Shown here: piece after piece, positions 37,318 through 51,300 of the stretch | Layout of the letters: every line of letters starts with the position of its first letter | Numbering within the stretch: the stretch's first letter is position 1 | Assembly (NCBI GenBank): GCA_965153455.1 | Contig: OZ234493.1 | Coordinates: 8,484,213-8,548,212 of the forward strand | Direction of reading: 5' to 3' | Length of the DNA: 64,000 nucleotides | Source of the DNA: Sphagnum compactum | Lineage: Eukaryota | Position numbers and translations under genes: made by a program | The notes under the pieces: generated by a model | The model's database searches: none | The model's input: only the letters and a program-made list of their open reading frames with translations | Told to the model about the DNA's origin: nothing

Positions 37318-38989
37318 GTGGGCTGGGTTGATTACTGACAGAGTGGAAGCACAGGTCCATGGCTGCAATAAGTTAGCAAGCAGACATATGCGGTTAGAGC
37401 TGGCAGGGTCTAGAGCTGTGCCTCACTGTGACATCTGTGAGAATGCTCCAGGTACTTTCGTTTTTTGCTTGACCTTGGGAACAACTGACAGCAATCCCTG
37501 CATGTAAACTTGTCAATTAGGGTTCTCTCAAGTTCATGAAGATGTTGCACTGGATACTGCAAACACAAGATGCTTAGGTTAACTGATTTTCTGTTATAAA
37601 CTCAATGTATGTTTGTGCTTATTCACTTCCAAAGGTGGGACCCCATTTGACATGCACTATGGACAACACTATTGCTTGTGTTGCAGCTTTTTTCTTCTGT
37701 GGGATTGATGGGGCATCCCTATGTCTACAGTGCGATGTGGATGTGCACGTAGGGGTGAAAAAGTCACATGAGCGGTACCTTCTGACAGGCCAGAGAGTAG
37801 AGGCAAGAGTCTTCTTTCCTTTCTGTTTCACAGTTGTGTTTGTTGGGGAGACTTGTCTATCAACTGGCTTTAAACAATAGTCTGTGTGTTGGGCATGTAA
37901 TGTACATATTGTGGCTTCCTGGGCATGTTATCTGCCACATAGCAGTGAGTTCTCAAATTGATTCTTCTGAAGTCATTGTTGAGTAATTGTAGCTAGTCAG
38001 TGCTGTTCATGATGAAGGTTTGGGTCTGATACTTTGTGAGTGACACTCATGAGGTTATGACTGCACTCACTCCTGTCATGTTTGATTTGGTTTGGCTGGA
38101 ACTAGCACAGTAGGTATCTTTGAAGTGTTTGTTGGATTTTTCCCTGCATTCTTCTGAAGGCAGTCAGAGCCAGTCAGGGGGTTGTGAAATTCAGACCAGA
38201 TTGTATAATTGCATTAAATTTCTATCACTGATCACAAATTCCATCATGATAGGGTAGACAGTGAATGTTTAACATATTGATTGTGTTAGATATTTTATTT
38301 GTAATTGAAATCCAAAGTTCTTTTATTGTCATTGCTCCCTTTCATAACAGTCTGGATATAGACTGCTGTCATCACTCAAAGCTCATAGGAATGCTTGCCT
38401 TGCAGCATCCTACAAGAAAACTGACAGTAAAGGAGAGCATTGCTGTTGATATACAAGCAAGGGATTTCAATAGTGACAGAACTCAGCAGCAACAGATCAT
38501 TCACCACCACCACCACCATCACCACCATCATCATGATGACGCACTCCAAGCAGAGACGATAATCATTGCCAATTCAAGTGGTGAACGCAAGAGTAGCAAT
38601 GTAGTTGGTGATAAGGACCATCTGATGCTCGAGAACAACCAGCCTGTATCAGGCATCATTGACCTGAATGCTCAACCCAGACACTTGCTGTCTCAAGCCT
38701 CTCTCCCTGACAAAGTAATGCATTACTTGCAACAATTGTATGATAACATGAAGCTGTTGAAATTGTATGAAGTTGGGACATCGAGATTTCCTGGTATGTT
38801 CTCTATGAAGGAAGGGAGAAGGGAAGGAAATTTTAACTTATGACTTTCTTTTTTTCAAGCTGGAAGTCTCATATGGTGTGGTATTTGCAGGGTGATGGAG
38901 AGAAAGCGGCCACATTAACAAGCAGTGATGATGGTGTTGGTGTTGTTCCTAGCTTTCCATCTACTGCACTGCAAGTGGCTCGAAGGTAG
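36685..38989 (+). CDS. Double B-box zinc-finger protein, BBX18/BBX19-like (group IV), ~237 aa, 5 exons
   Basis: Exons 36685-36777, 37355-37451, 37687-37802, 38406-38714, 38891-38989. B-box1: [43 protein letters not shown]-box2: [36 protein letters not shown]-terminal IDLN and GVVP motifs. Intron 3 is GC-AG. Confidence 0.92.
37267..37315. repeat. (GA)n microsatellite in BBX intron 1
   Basis: Uninterrupted GA run ending ~40 nt before the exon 2 acceptor. Other simple repeats: (TA)n ~5741-5776, (ACC)n ~23501-23530, (GA)n ~52759-52788, (CAA)n ~53578-53604. Confidence 0.95.
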
Positions 38990-39949
38990 TTTGTTTGAAA
39001 CCACAGAGATCAGGCCATCTATCTAATCAGAGTTGGGCTCATTATGCCAAGTGCGTCTCACCTGTAAAGTTGGCTGGTTGTATTATATTGTCAGTGACAG
39101 TGTAATTGTAGATTGTTGGGATGCTGTAGTATATGTCTTCCTTGTGGAGTCCCCTTGTATTTTATTACAGAGCATTTAGGAGAAACACCCCCCACCCGCC
39201 CTGCCTCTATGTCTGTCATACAATACTTTCCTTTGTTTAAGGTAGTTTGGACAGAGTGGTTGATGGTCATCTATGGGTCTTTTGAGAGCATTTGTGTTCT
39301 AGTGAGGTCCACCATCTTCGTGCTCTCCAAAAGAGTAGTGAGTATGGTGGTATTTTTTACACAAAAAAAAACAGAAGAGTTGACTTCCAATGTAAAATTG
39401 TACTTGATTCCAAAGTTTTGAAGTAAACTTATGAATTGGCTTCTTGTAAAGAAATGCAGAGTGCATTAGGTACTTTCATCGATGATCTTGTACATTGAAA
39501 GCAAGACATGCAGTTCGTTGATGTTCATTTCCACAATGCGTTTTCTGGGCAGACTTCAAACCATTGTATTTCAACCTTGTTGGGAAAGGTGCAGGTTTGA
39601 TTCTAACTATGCAAACTCCAGCAAAATGATACAGCCTCCAATTATCAGTGCATTTTTACCAAATAAGTCTGCTTTCACTGTAGATAAAGCAAAGGGACTC
39701 CAGCTTCTATTGCCTTCAGAACAGTGCCACCTCCAGAAAAAAGATAGTACTTGGTACTTTTGAGTGCTTTCTCATGTAGCCAGGGATGCAAATTGTCAAC
39801 ATTCACCAACAACCAACATTTGTTGGCTCTGCAAGAGGCTTTAAGGGAACAATAGTGAGGGGGCCCTAGGGGCTGGAGACAAGAGTTCAAGGGATAAGGT
39901 TTGACTAAAAGTTCACTATCGACTAACCTATCATGTTAAGAAAACAATA

Positions 39950-42900
39950 CATGGATGAAAGATGTATGAATGGATGAGGGATGAAAGATGAAGGATGGAT
40001 GAATGAACGATGCATGGTTGGATGGAAGGATGAATTGATGATGGATAAAAAATGAATGGATGGATTGAAGGTGAATTGATAAAAGATGAAAAATAGATGG
40101 ATGGAAAGCTTAGGACCAAGCACTTGACACTTAATGTTTTTGTTTCCTTGCATAAGGTGGAATGTGGAGGTGAAGGTGAAACAACCCTATTCATGTACAA
40201 AGTATACATTTCTAGAACACATGTACATAGGAATCTAAGTATTCCTATGCATGCAAGTTTAAACTAAATACAATGTATAGCTTTAAAGTCAAAAAAATAA
40301 CAAGATAATTTTATAAATGTTATTACAAATGAACAAGAATATTAAAAGATTCAAACTCATCTCTTTATATAACCTAGGTGGTTTTAACTAGTAATTGAAG
40401 TAATTAAACATAACACTTCTTTAAAATATGGAACATTAATTAGTAACTCAAGTAATTATTTAACTAAATAAGAATTAACATATTAATTAATAACTAGTTA
40501 GTTAATCTTCATAAGATTCAAATATTTAACACATATAAATGTCATATATGTACTTAATACATGATAACATCTAACTAAACAAAATAATTACAAATTCTAA
40601 TTTAACATTTAAAAAGGTTGAATTTGTGGTTTTGAAATATTTATAAAAATTGAATCTTTGATTAGATTTGTGGTTAGTTAATATTTATAAAGGTGATGTT
40701 TTATAATTTGTGATATTTTAACACATATAAAATTCGAATTTGTGATTAAATCCATGGTTATTTAACATTTATAAAAGTCAAATCTGCAATTAGGTCTATG
40801 GTTAACTAACATTTATAAATGTTAAATTTGTGATCAAATTATGAAATTATAACACATATAAAAATTGAATTTACTATTAAATCCATGGTTAATTAACACA
40901 TATGAAAGTTGCCTGTGGAAAGAAAAAACGTCTTCAATTTTTTCATTTTATTAACAAAAAGTATTTATTTTTTCAATGGGTCTCTTTTGATTACTTTGAC
41001 TAATTAATTTAGTCGTATTTTTAACAATCCATTAAAGACCTTGATTTTATACAATTTCTTAAGCATAAACATTCCATTACTATCCTTGACTTCTCCTTGT
41101 AACATATAAAACTTTCATCTTTATATATCTTTCTTTATATTTTTTCACTTTCTCTTTTTGCTTCATTTTCACCTTGAGTGTTCAATGAGTGATTTTGATT
41201 ATGTTCAAAGAAGTGATGTGCATTTCATATGTAAATGTATATATCTTACATTGAGGTAAGTTCTATTGATTTTCATCTTTTACAATGTTGTCATTTATTG
41301 TTGTTGTCCATAAAGGTAGAAGAGTTGTTGTTGGTGATGATTTGGATATAAGTTTTCGTTATGTGGCTTTTGAAGGGTTGGTGTTAAATTGGTATGACAC
41401 TTTTGCTTACATAACCAAAAAAATCATGAATGAATTGGGTTATATTTACCTCTATTGTGAATTACTTGATCGGGTAGGCTTGACTATGATCACCTTGTGG
41501 GTTAAGTCCCCCCACATTCAAATGCATGAAAATGTTAGACAACCTTAAGAATTTTGGAATTGAGGCTAGGTCTCAAAGGGGGTTTGAGAAAAGGGACATG
41601 CTAATTATTCTTATAGGGGAATCCACCACTATTGTGTTGTCCATTATAGCATTTGAACTTGTTTTGATTTCAATGTTTTTCCATTTTGATTTCTTTCAAA
41701 AAATTCAAATCTAGGTCACCGCAATCCAAATTTTCCACCACTATTATTGTTGTCATTGTTACCACAATAAGAGGTGTAAAAAGTAGCCATGAAAGACAAC
41801 TCATGATTGTTGATGGTGCAGGTCAATTCAATTAGGATGTTCTTGCTTTTGGTAATCAATTCAAGACAAAATACGACTAATTGGTTGAAATCAAAAATTC
41901 TAGTCAATGTGTTATGATGTTGGTGAAGAATGTGACAACAACAACAATTAGTGACTGGTTTCTCAAAGCACAACCCTATACTATATTGTTTAGAGTGGTT
42001 GATGACAATGTGAAAGCACGATTGTTTTAACTACACACCAAATTAATAGGCCACCAACCTCTTGTGAAAGAGGTTTTTTTTTTAATATTTAAAAAATCCA
42101 TTTTCTAGATTGTATTTTTCTTTTACCATTGGTTCATTCATGATAAATATTTTTTCCCAGGTTGTTGGAGTATTATTTATACTCAATTTGATAGCTCCTC
42201 CTCTTTGGAAATTATGTGCAAAATGTTATGTGTTGAATATTGTTGTTTCAACTACAAATGGCGATGTGCATTGTAATGTGTGGTGTGAAAACAACCATCA
42301 AGAAGGCTAGTTTCTTACAAGCTTCAATTGCGCCAACAATTGGAGATCTTGTTTTCTTTATCATTGAGGGAAAATGGTTAGAAATTGTGGTGGGTATGCC
42401 AAAAGCTGATTTCTTCATTCAGCCACATCTAAAACAAGTTCAACATTTAATCAAAACTAAATTAGAGAGTAAATTTTAGTTGACTCCTACTTTTCAACTT
42501 GTCAATTTTGAGGAACACATTGAGCTTCCATTTGATTTGGCCTCTTTTTTTCCATTGTCATCAATTCTCCTTATTGATGTGGAACCCACATCAACAAAAT
42601 GAAAACTTGATTTTGATGCTCACAAACCTAATCCAAAAATAACAAAGTCGTGATTTTAGTAAATAAGTTTTGAAATTTCAATACATAAGTTTTGAGTTCT
42701 TTGGATTTTTCATAATTATTTAAAATTCCAAAAGTTAAATTTGAATTCTCTAGAATTTTCATAGTTACTTAGAATTCCAAGAACTAAGTTTTGAATTTTC
42801 TTGAATTTTCATAGTTTTTTGGGATTCAAATAGCTAAGTTTTAAATTCTTTGGAATTTTCATAATCATTTAGAATTTGGACTCTAGATGCCAATGATGCA

Positions 42901-43600
42901 TATGATTTGAAACATTTCCATATCCACAAACTATCAATATCCACAATTTTTTTAAAAAAAATTCAATATTAACAAAATATCAACATACACAATTATTATC
43001 ATAAAATCACAATATTTATAAAATTGTGTGATGTCATTTCCTTGAAAACATTTCATGTTGAATTCAAAATGTTACATGGTTCAATTCATCTTTCACCTAA
43101 TTTTACATTTTCAACCTTTCACCTACACCTTAATTTACACTTTATTTTAATCAATAAAATGAAACTCCATCCATCTTTCATCCATCCATCATATGACATA
43201 GATCAAACCACAGATCTAACCACATATTTGAATTTTATAAGTGTTAACTAACCATAATTTTAACTGCAGATTTGATTTTTATATGTGTGACAACATCACA
43301 AATCTAATCACATATTTGACTTTTATATGTATTAAAACATCAGAAATCTGACCACATATTTGACTTTTATAATGTTAACTACCCATGGATCTAACCACAT
43401 ATTTGACTTTTACATGCGTTACAACATCACAGATTTTTCCACATCTATCCATCTTTAATCCATTCTTTGATTTTTCATCAATCCATTAATCTTTCATCTT
43501 TCATCCATCCATTCATGTTTCATTTTCATCCATCCATTCTTTCATCAATCCATTCTTCCATACCCATCCATCCATCAGATTTGTATGTTATGTTTGTATT
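39950..43600. mobile_element. Element or element pair with long inverted arms (GGAT/ATCC micro-repeats + ~44-bp tandem arrays)
   Basis: The unit of the 40590-40910 array, reverse-complemented (TGACTTTTATAAATGTTAAATAACCATGGATTTAATCACA), matches the 43200-43430 array (TGACTTTTATAATGTTAACTACCCATGGATCTAACCACA). GGATG runs at 39950-40105 mirror CATCC runs at 43445-43580. Confidence 0.6.
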
Positions 43601-43859
43601 CCTTTTTAAAGTCCCTCTCCTTGTCCAATTCCACCTACAATATTGCCTTCTCCTTCTTTTATGTGGCCAATCTGTTTTTTAAACTTCTCACCTTCAAATT
43701 CATATTCCCTGTATTCAGACTCACAATTGCCATGGTTTGAAACAATTTAGCTGCCTTATATACTTGCATACTTCTGCAGTTACCTCGTCCATAGACTTTG
43801 GTGTATCTGTGTTGTAGGATTTTTGGATTTTTTTGCAAAAGATCCCTATTCTTGTATTA

Positions 43860-45645
43860 ATGTACTCCCCATTATCATCAAAAAAATTTAATAGATCACA
43901 TGTTGATATGAATAGTTGTAATTAACTAAATAGATGAAATATTTCTTATAGGTGCTAAAATGTTTAATGTTATAGACCATTGATTACGGGCAATAAAACA
44001 TATTCAAAATGAATACTTTGGTGGTCTAGATGTCATCATGTCATGTGACTTCTATTAAGCACACCATGTTAAAGATTGTTGGATTTTTTATTCCTTTGAG
44101 TGATAGTATAAAATACACCAAACTTTAAACAATCTTAAATGTTATGAATTAACTTTAATTATGCGACAAATTGATACAAAATTTATATAAACTTTAAACA
44201 AATTTTGCACCTACGCACAAACTTTACAAGACATTCAATATATTAATTCAAATTGTTGTCGAAAAATACCAAACATTTTAAGTACATGCCACATTTATTT
44301 TATACAAATATTTTAGTGCAAAAACATGATAAATTTGTGCTCAACAAAACAACATTCATCATCATTCATACCCATCATCATATAAATTTCTAGATGATCC
44401 AAGTAAAACTATAGATTTACATACTACAATTCATATCAAACAAGGTGTGGTAGTTGAATTGTGTGTTGGAAATTTATGCAACATATGATTGCCTTGTTAA
44501 TGGAGCTAATGGTGTATTCAAAACATCAACATCTTATCATAACAAAACCTTAGTTTGGATATTGTTCCCAAATCCAAAAATAGGAATGTTACCTAGAGAT
44601 TAGTCTACCCACCTTTATACAAACAATATTCAACCAAATTGGACACCAATTGAGCCAATTATCAAAGACATAAGAATTGGCAAAAATCACTATCATATTA
44701 TAACAAGAATTCAATTTCTAATTCAATTAGCAGTAGCAAGAACCATTCATCAATCTCAATGATTATTGTTAGATAAATTAGCTTTTGATCCTACCAATGT
44801 AAGAAAACATGGACTATCATATACTACTTTTTCTCGCATCCAAATAAAAGAAGGATTATACTAACAACCTCCACTCCAACATCAAAACTTTCACATTGAT
44901 CAATGTGTAATTGAAAAAGTGAATAGATTAAAAACTTTTGCAAATTGGACAACTTTTGTTCCTTGATTAAATTTTTTTTATCATTCACATTTTATTATAC
45001 AAGCTCTCAACACAAATTCTTTAAAACAACATTACCAATATATAAATCATGATCCCAACCTACAAGTATCACATGTTCTTTGCATTTTGGAAATTAGAAT
45101 ACAATCATCAAATGATGTACATAATTTCATAAATACATCAAAATATTCATACATTTCAATTTATGATGGTCATGATATGATAATGACGTACAATGCACAA
45201 ATGCTCTTACATTTTTACTACACAACATGTAATGGCCAGAATATATAGTAACTACATTGAACATAAGAACTTGAAGAGCGATTCATATAATATGTGTTTA
45301 TAAAAATCATTTTTCTTTGATTTCTATGTTCCTCAACACATTACATTGTTAATTCAAAAGTCCCCAAATGATTGCCCACTCATTGTCTTAGGAGATTTTA
45401 ATATCAACATTTTAGATGATAGTAATCATAAGAACAATAAACAACAACTAATAAAATTTATAAGTAAATTAAAATTAAAATCCCAATTCAAAATTATCCC
45501 AACAAAAATTGGATCACAATTAGACCATATATGGTCAAATGTGTTAGGGAATGAATCCAAATCAAATGTTTTAGAAACATATCAAATGGATTTTCACAAA
45601 CCAATTTATATGGCATTCAAACTACAAGACACACATCCAATTTAG
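43860..45645 (+). mobile_element. Second decayed Helitron/Helentron fragment: PIF1 helicase C-half + AP-type endonuclease
   Basis: IDEIFLIG..YFGGLDVIMSCDFY, TRIQFLIQLAVARTIHQSQ, LIVLGDFNINILD, SQLDHIWSN, DFHKPIYMAFKL. Paralogous to 13600-15290. Confidence 0.85.
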
Positions 45646-45724
45646 TAATAAACCAATATTATCTCCATTCATCTAATGTCATTTTGATTTTTTTGATTTT
45701 TATAGAAGACAAAACCTCTTGTGT

Positions 45725-45925
45725 CATGGTCATATGGGAGAGATGGAAAAAGATGGCAAAATATGGGGAAAAAATGTGGGGAAAGTTGGAAAGATATGCG
45801 AAAATGAAAAAAAGATTGGAAAGAGATACCAATGGAAATGACATATTGAGATACCAAAATATGGTAAAGATGAAAAGTGATGCCAAAACATGGGAAAGAT
45901 GGAAAGAGATGCCAAAATATGCAAT
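45725..45925. repeat. Degenerate ~29-bp minisatellite downstream of the Helitron ORF
   Basis: Repeated A(T/C)ATGG..AGATG.AAA..GATG.CAAA units. Confidence 0.6.
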
Positions 45926-48395
45926 TGTAGGCATGTAACAAAATGTGACAAAAATACAAAAAATCCAAAAAGTCCAATAGGATTTTAGTCCCAGGGACCG
46001 CCACATCATGAAGATAAAAAGGTTTGAAGTTGCCTTACACAATAGGCTCTAACAAGTCGCCGGTTTATAGGGGGGGAAGCCCAAATTTTTTTACTTCTCT
46101 CTTTCACCTCTCACCAAATTTTGGCTAAGTGCTATTGTGGGGGATCACCAACCCACCTACTTCACAAATTTGAAAAGAAAAACTTTGGCTGGAACTAGTA
46201 AAACTTTTACTTTAAAACTAATAATTAAAATATTATAGCGATCGTATAATAAAAACATATCGTCTTAAACAAATATTATCTCTGTTCATCTAATCTCATC
46301 TTAAATAATTTTCAATTTTTTACAAAAGACTGAGCCTCTTGTGACAGAGCTGCTTGTTCATCCATCTTGGAAGTGCCATGCCAGAAATGAGGCATTAAGC
46401 CCCATCACTGCATCGACAAAGATGACTGGTCTTTGATAAATCTATGGCCTCAATGAATGACATGCGCCATGAACATCAAATGAAGAAGGATCCACATCAA
46501 CAATATAGTTTATACACTTTGATGAAGCCCTGTGTCCACACACAAAAAGAAAACAGATTCTGATTAGATGTGACTGATGCACCTCAAATGTTTTGTTTCA
46601 TGACTTGCCAATCCTATTGAACAAATGCAAGCAGGATGATGATTGACTGGTCTGTGCTGCTCTTAAGCCTCCTAAATCATTTCATGCCCTCATGATTACA
46701 GTCTAAACAGCGATAACATGCTTGAAAATAACCTTCCATACCAAATGCCAACATTCTAGAGTGTGTTCTACATGCAGAGTTGATCAATCCCTTGGAAGTC
46801 CAAGAGGTCGGTTATCCATAAGCAGAAGGGGGGGGGATGCTGATTGTGTGATATTTTCCTTCACTTCATGCCGCTAGTGTTTCTGACTCCACCAGGCATG
46901 GCCACTCTACAATCTTCTGTTCTACCTTATCCTGCTCAACCAGGTTTTTTCCCCAAGTTGACATCTCAGTCCTGCATTACTTTGTGCAGCAGATTCATAC
47001 ACACTCACACCTTACTGTTTGCCATACAATACATAGACTCCCAAGAAGGTTTTCAACACTATGTAGAAGACAAATGACCTCACGAATAACACTGTCAAAA
47101 ACCCAACAGGACATGTTGCATGCAAATCTGTCATCAGAACTGAGATTATTTTCTTTTGCAAAGGAGCTTTACCTCCGCACCTTCAATCTTGATACCATAT
47201 TTGGCACAAAGGAAGGTGTTGTATACGAGCCCGACAAGAATTACCTTGTGCACTTTCTTGTACATTTGCCTTCAATGGCCCAATTTTGGTGTCATACTTT
47301 GCACCGGCAAGAATTGCAACAAATGGGTTGTTTAGGATTTCCCTCACATGAATCAGGTCATTTGTTCCCTCCTTCACAAAATTTGTCCCATTCACATTCC
47401 TAGATAACCTAAAGAAATCCCCCAAAAGTCTTAAATTAACCAATGGTATATCCACGTGTGATAGTTTAAGCCCGTAGGGTTGGCATGGTGTCTTTAGGGA
47501 CACAACAACACACACTAATCCCTATTGAAATCCCTGTAAGGCACATTCCAATTCATGTTTCAAAGGTTTCAAAGAAAATGAACAAATAGCCCCAAAACTG
47601 GCAATGTTCCCAAATCGGTTTCATAGTCTTGGTTTTATGTTCCCAAAGATCCTCTCAAAGTTACAATTTGATTTGCAAATGGGCTTCCTTCGATGGAGGG
47701 ACGATTTGAGGATGTGAGGATACAGACCAAAAAACTTAGCATTTGAAAAATCATGGGAAGGAGCATCAAAACAAAAAGTTGAACCTACAAAGCAAAAGTG
47801 GGATGTAGAATGAAACTGTAAGGGAAGAGGCTTCTTTGGGCTTCTTTAGTTCCACGCACTAAAATATTCTTAATATGTAGTAAAGTTCACATTTCATGTG
47901 GCAATCAACCAATATACATAAGATGATAGAAAATTTTGTTAGTCCAAAGATATTATTCATATTATGGTGAAATGACTGTACAGTATGATACATGAAAATT
48001 CTCCTTTCCCTCCTTGACAAAAGGGATACCAAGTTGTATACTACAAATTGTAATATATACAAGCTGTGTAATCATTACTGGAAACCAATGTGATTTGATA
48101 CCTGGACCAGGCCCCATCCACCAAAAAGTGTACTGAAGCAACTGCTGTGACATATACCTCCTTGCTTTCAGAAGCAATCAGCAAGACCCAAAGTTGCAAC
48201 ATGATCAGTAGTGATGTGTGTTGAGATTGATAGGCAGGTCCCCTTGGCTTTAATACTGAATGCGCCAATGATGTCAAATACCCGAAAGTATGAAAAGAAG
48301 TGGCCAGCCATTGTAACCCCATGTCAATGCCTACAAGCAATTTCCAATGGACCATTACAAATACTTCTGTAATTGCTATTTCTCCAGACCTGATT

Positions 48396-51300
48396 CTAAA
48401 ATACAGGGCAGCCTGTCCTAATGATCCCTGGGGCTGTTGGACATGCTGCCAGTGGACAATTGTCCAAGTTTACTCCCCACCAGTTGATTGACTTGTGCTC
48501 CAGTTGGAGTATAAAGTAGACCAACACTCCCATGAATGCAAGCCCAGCATCCAGAGCTGCAGATAGCACATAATTGTAGCGTTGCCACCATGCCTTGCGA
48601 TGCCTGAATATTATGTAGTTGAAGATAAACCCAACCACAAACCAAGAGGTATAATTCACAGCAGTAGCAGGTGGCATTATTCCAGTTGCCCCAATCAGAA
48701 TTGGTGTGTTAATGTAGAGAAGCCATTTTGTCTTGGGGAAGAGCTTGTGAGCCACCCAAAAAGGCACTGGAGCAAGTGCTCCTAGTAAGAAGAACCAGTT
48801 GACTGCCCTGTAAATTCCAAGACTTCCAAACATTCGCTTCGGTCCTATGAGGCCCCAGATGACTGATGCATCAAAAAAGACTGTGTCTGAAGGACAAGTC
48901 CAAGGGCTGTTCTTTGGAAGGAGATCTGGTTCACAAATATTGGTGATGGTTGTGAGCAACCACCAAGCGGTACCCAAATTCACAATGGCAGCAATTACTG
49001 TTCCCATCAACTGCAAATAAAACCAGATACCTATATGAGACCAAGCTCTGAGGTACATGAAATCACCAAACAAGTCAATGAAGACATCGCACAATAATTC
49101 CAAGCCAAGAATGTGAATCTTCCTGACAAATGGTCCAAGCACCCCAAAGTTCTTACCTGAGCATGAAACATAGCATGAGGAGGGATCTTCATATAGTGCC
49201 TGAAAGCAGCCCAGAAAGTATGGAGTTATGAACCTTTAAATGCCATTAATATGGAATCTCCGCAGAATCCTAACCTGAGCTCCATGGTCTGCTGTGGAAT
49301 TATCATGACCTCCAACTTTTCCTTCTGAACTGTATGACTTATGAAGCACGTAATCTAACATAACAGACAGGCAAATGTGTCTAAGTTGCACTCTGTTATA
49401 AAGTAAATTCTTACCCAAGCTTGAAATCAGCCAGAAAATAAACAGCCTGGGCCATACTGATGTAGCCATAGGTTTTGAAGCAGACATTAGCAACAGGTCT
49501 TCCTGGGTAAATATATCCAATCATGTACTCAGTTATGATATTCAGCCCTGGTGTCTGCAGCCCACAGCACTGGTAACTTAATGCATCTTATCCCACCAGA
49601 ACAGATCATACATTGCCTCAGGGCAGCCAAGACTGCATCACAAAGCTCCCAGATCAAAGTGGTACAAGCCAAGGAAAACTTTTCCATTGAACTCTACATC
49701 TCTTGGAGACCTAGAAAGGAAAAGTTTCTGTGGCCCAAAAGTACTGGGGAATGTATATTTGCGGTACATTCAACTCCCCATCCATACTCTTACTCCTTTC
49801 ACCCCTCCTGACCCATTGGTTAATATGAACAGAAGATGAACTGAGTAGAAGAACAATTTTGGTGGCAGGAAATCTAGAGTCATTGAATGACCTGATTAGT
49901 TGTTGCTGTGATGATCCCAATAGGTAGAGTGAAGAAAAGTGCCACCCCACAGGCAAGGAGTACACCCCACCAGCGCAGTTGCAGTTGTTCATTATAGATC
50001 TCACAAGCAGCAATAGACAGGATAATCATGGCTGCAAGCAAGCCCAGGAACCAATACTGAGGCACCTCCTTGTATTCTTTCATCAACCGTGCATGCACAT
50101 CAGGCTTCTCACTTAGAGCTGATTTGCTGCGCTGCCATATTTCCCTGTCAATTGTATGGTATGAACCAAAATTTAGACTTGGCATGCATCCAAATTACTA
50201 GCTCTCCATTGAGACAATGTAGTACAGTTGTGAGAAAAAATACTTCACTTGACAATGCTAGTCATTAGTTGGCAGAGGGATATAAGTACACATATACTCA
50301 TATTGACACTCAGTTTGCAACAAAAGAGGAGGACGTTCAGAGGAATGTACCAGCCGTGGTAGAGTATGACATGGGAGAGAGTAGCAGTAAGAGCTGCAAA
50401 TCCAACCCCATAGGTGAATGCAAAGAAAGTGCTGAGGTGCAAGCGACCATAAGACTCATATGCAGTCTCATTGAGTTGGAACTTGCTATCAATCACCTGA
50501 TTAATGTTGTACTGTTGCCCATTTGCTTGGAAAAATTTGCTAGAGAACACAGGAAATGTCTTGGCGTCATACAAATTGTTCCAGTAGGCAATGGGGGTGA
50601 TCACGTACATGACTAAGATGAAACCAACAAATATGTTGGCTATGGCAAAGAAAGGTGTAGCAAGTGGGCTCAAAAGATAGGATGAAATGGCTGCCCAGTC
50701 CAATGCAATTGCACCCACACCTAGACCCCTATATCCAGACCCAATTTGTTGAGCAGTAACTGAGTTTGGCCATGCCCAGCAAACCCATGATAGAGATGAA
50801 AGCATTCCAAAAAGGTAGCCTGGTAGGGCATAATAGGCAAAGCTACATGTGAGTGCTATGAGGAAGAACTGAGTCCGAGTCATCCCTCCCTTCAGTCTCT
50901 GATCTGTTTCATGGAGAGTCCTGTACAATTGCAAATGATTTCCAGTTGAAATGTACCAGAAAGGCCATAATACCAAAAAACATTCTCCATTTGCATTGAT
51001 TCTTGCTTTCTCTCTCTCTATCCATTCATTCAGTCTCTCTCCTTTCTCCCTACAATATGTTGAAACATGATCAGAAAGTGTACCTGAATAGGGAGACTTG
51101 GACCAAGTTTTGAGGCCACCACATATGAGCAGGCTTGACCAAGTAGCCACGGAAGATTCCTGCCCAACCATATCCAATCATCTGCCATGCCAACAAACAA
51201 CATTACCCAGAGTGACATGAAGAGAATGCGCCACATATGGATGCACAAAGTACAAATTTCTGCCAACTTGAAACATACTCAAGTGTTAGAGATGGCTATA

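Noticed and set aside
46300-47200. Possible miRNA precursor or gene fragment in non-repetitive, CHG-retaining sequence
   Set aside because: I recognised no conserved mature miRNA, long hairpin or protein motif.
47217-47510. Solo LTR (TGTTG...CAACA)
   Set aside because: No matching target-site duplication and no PBS/PPT context.
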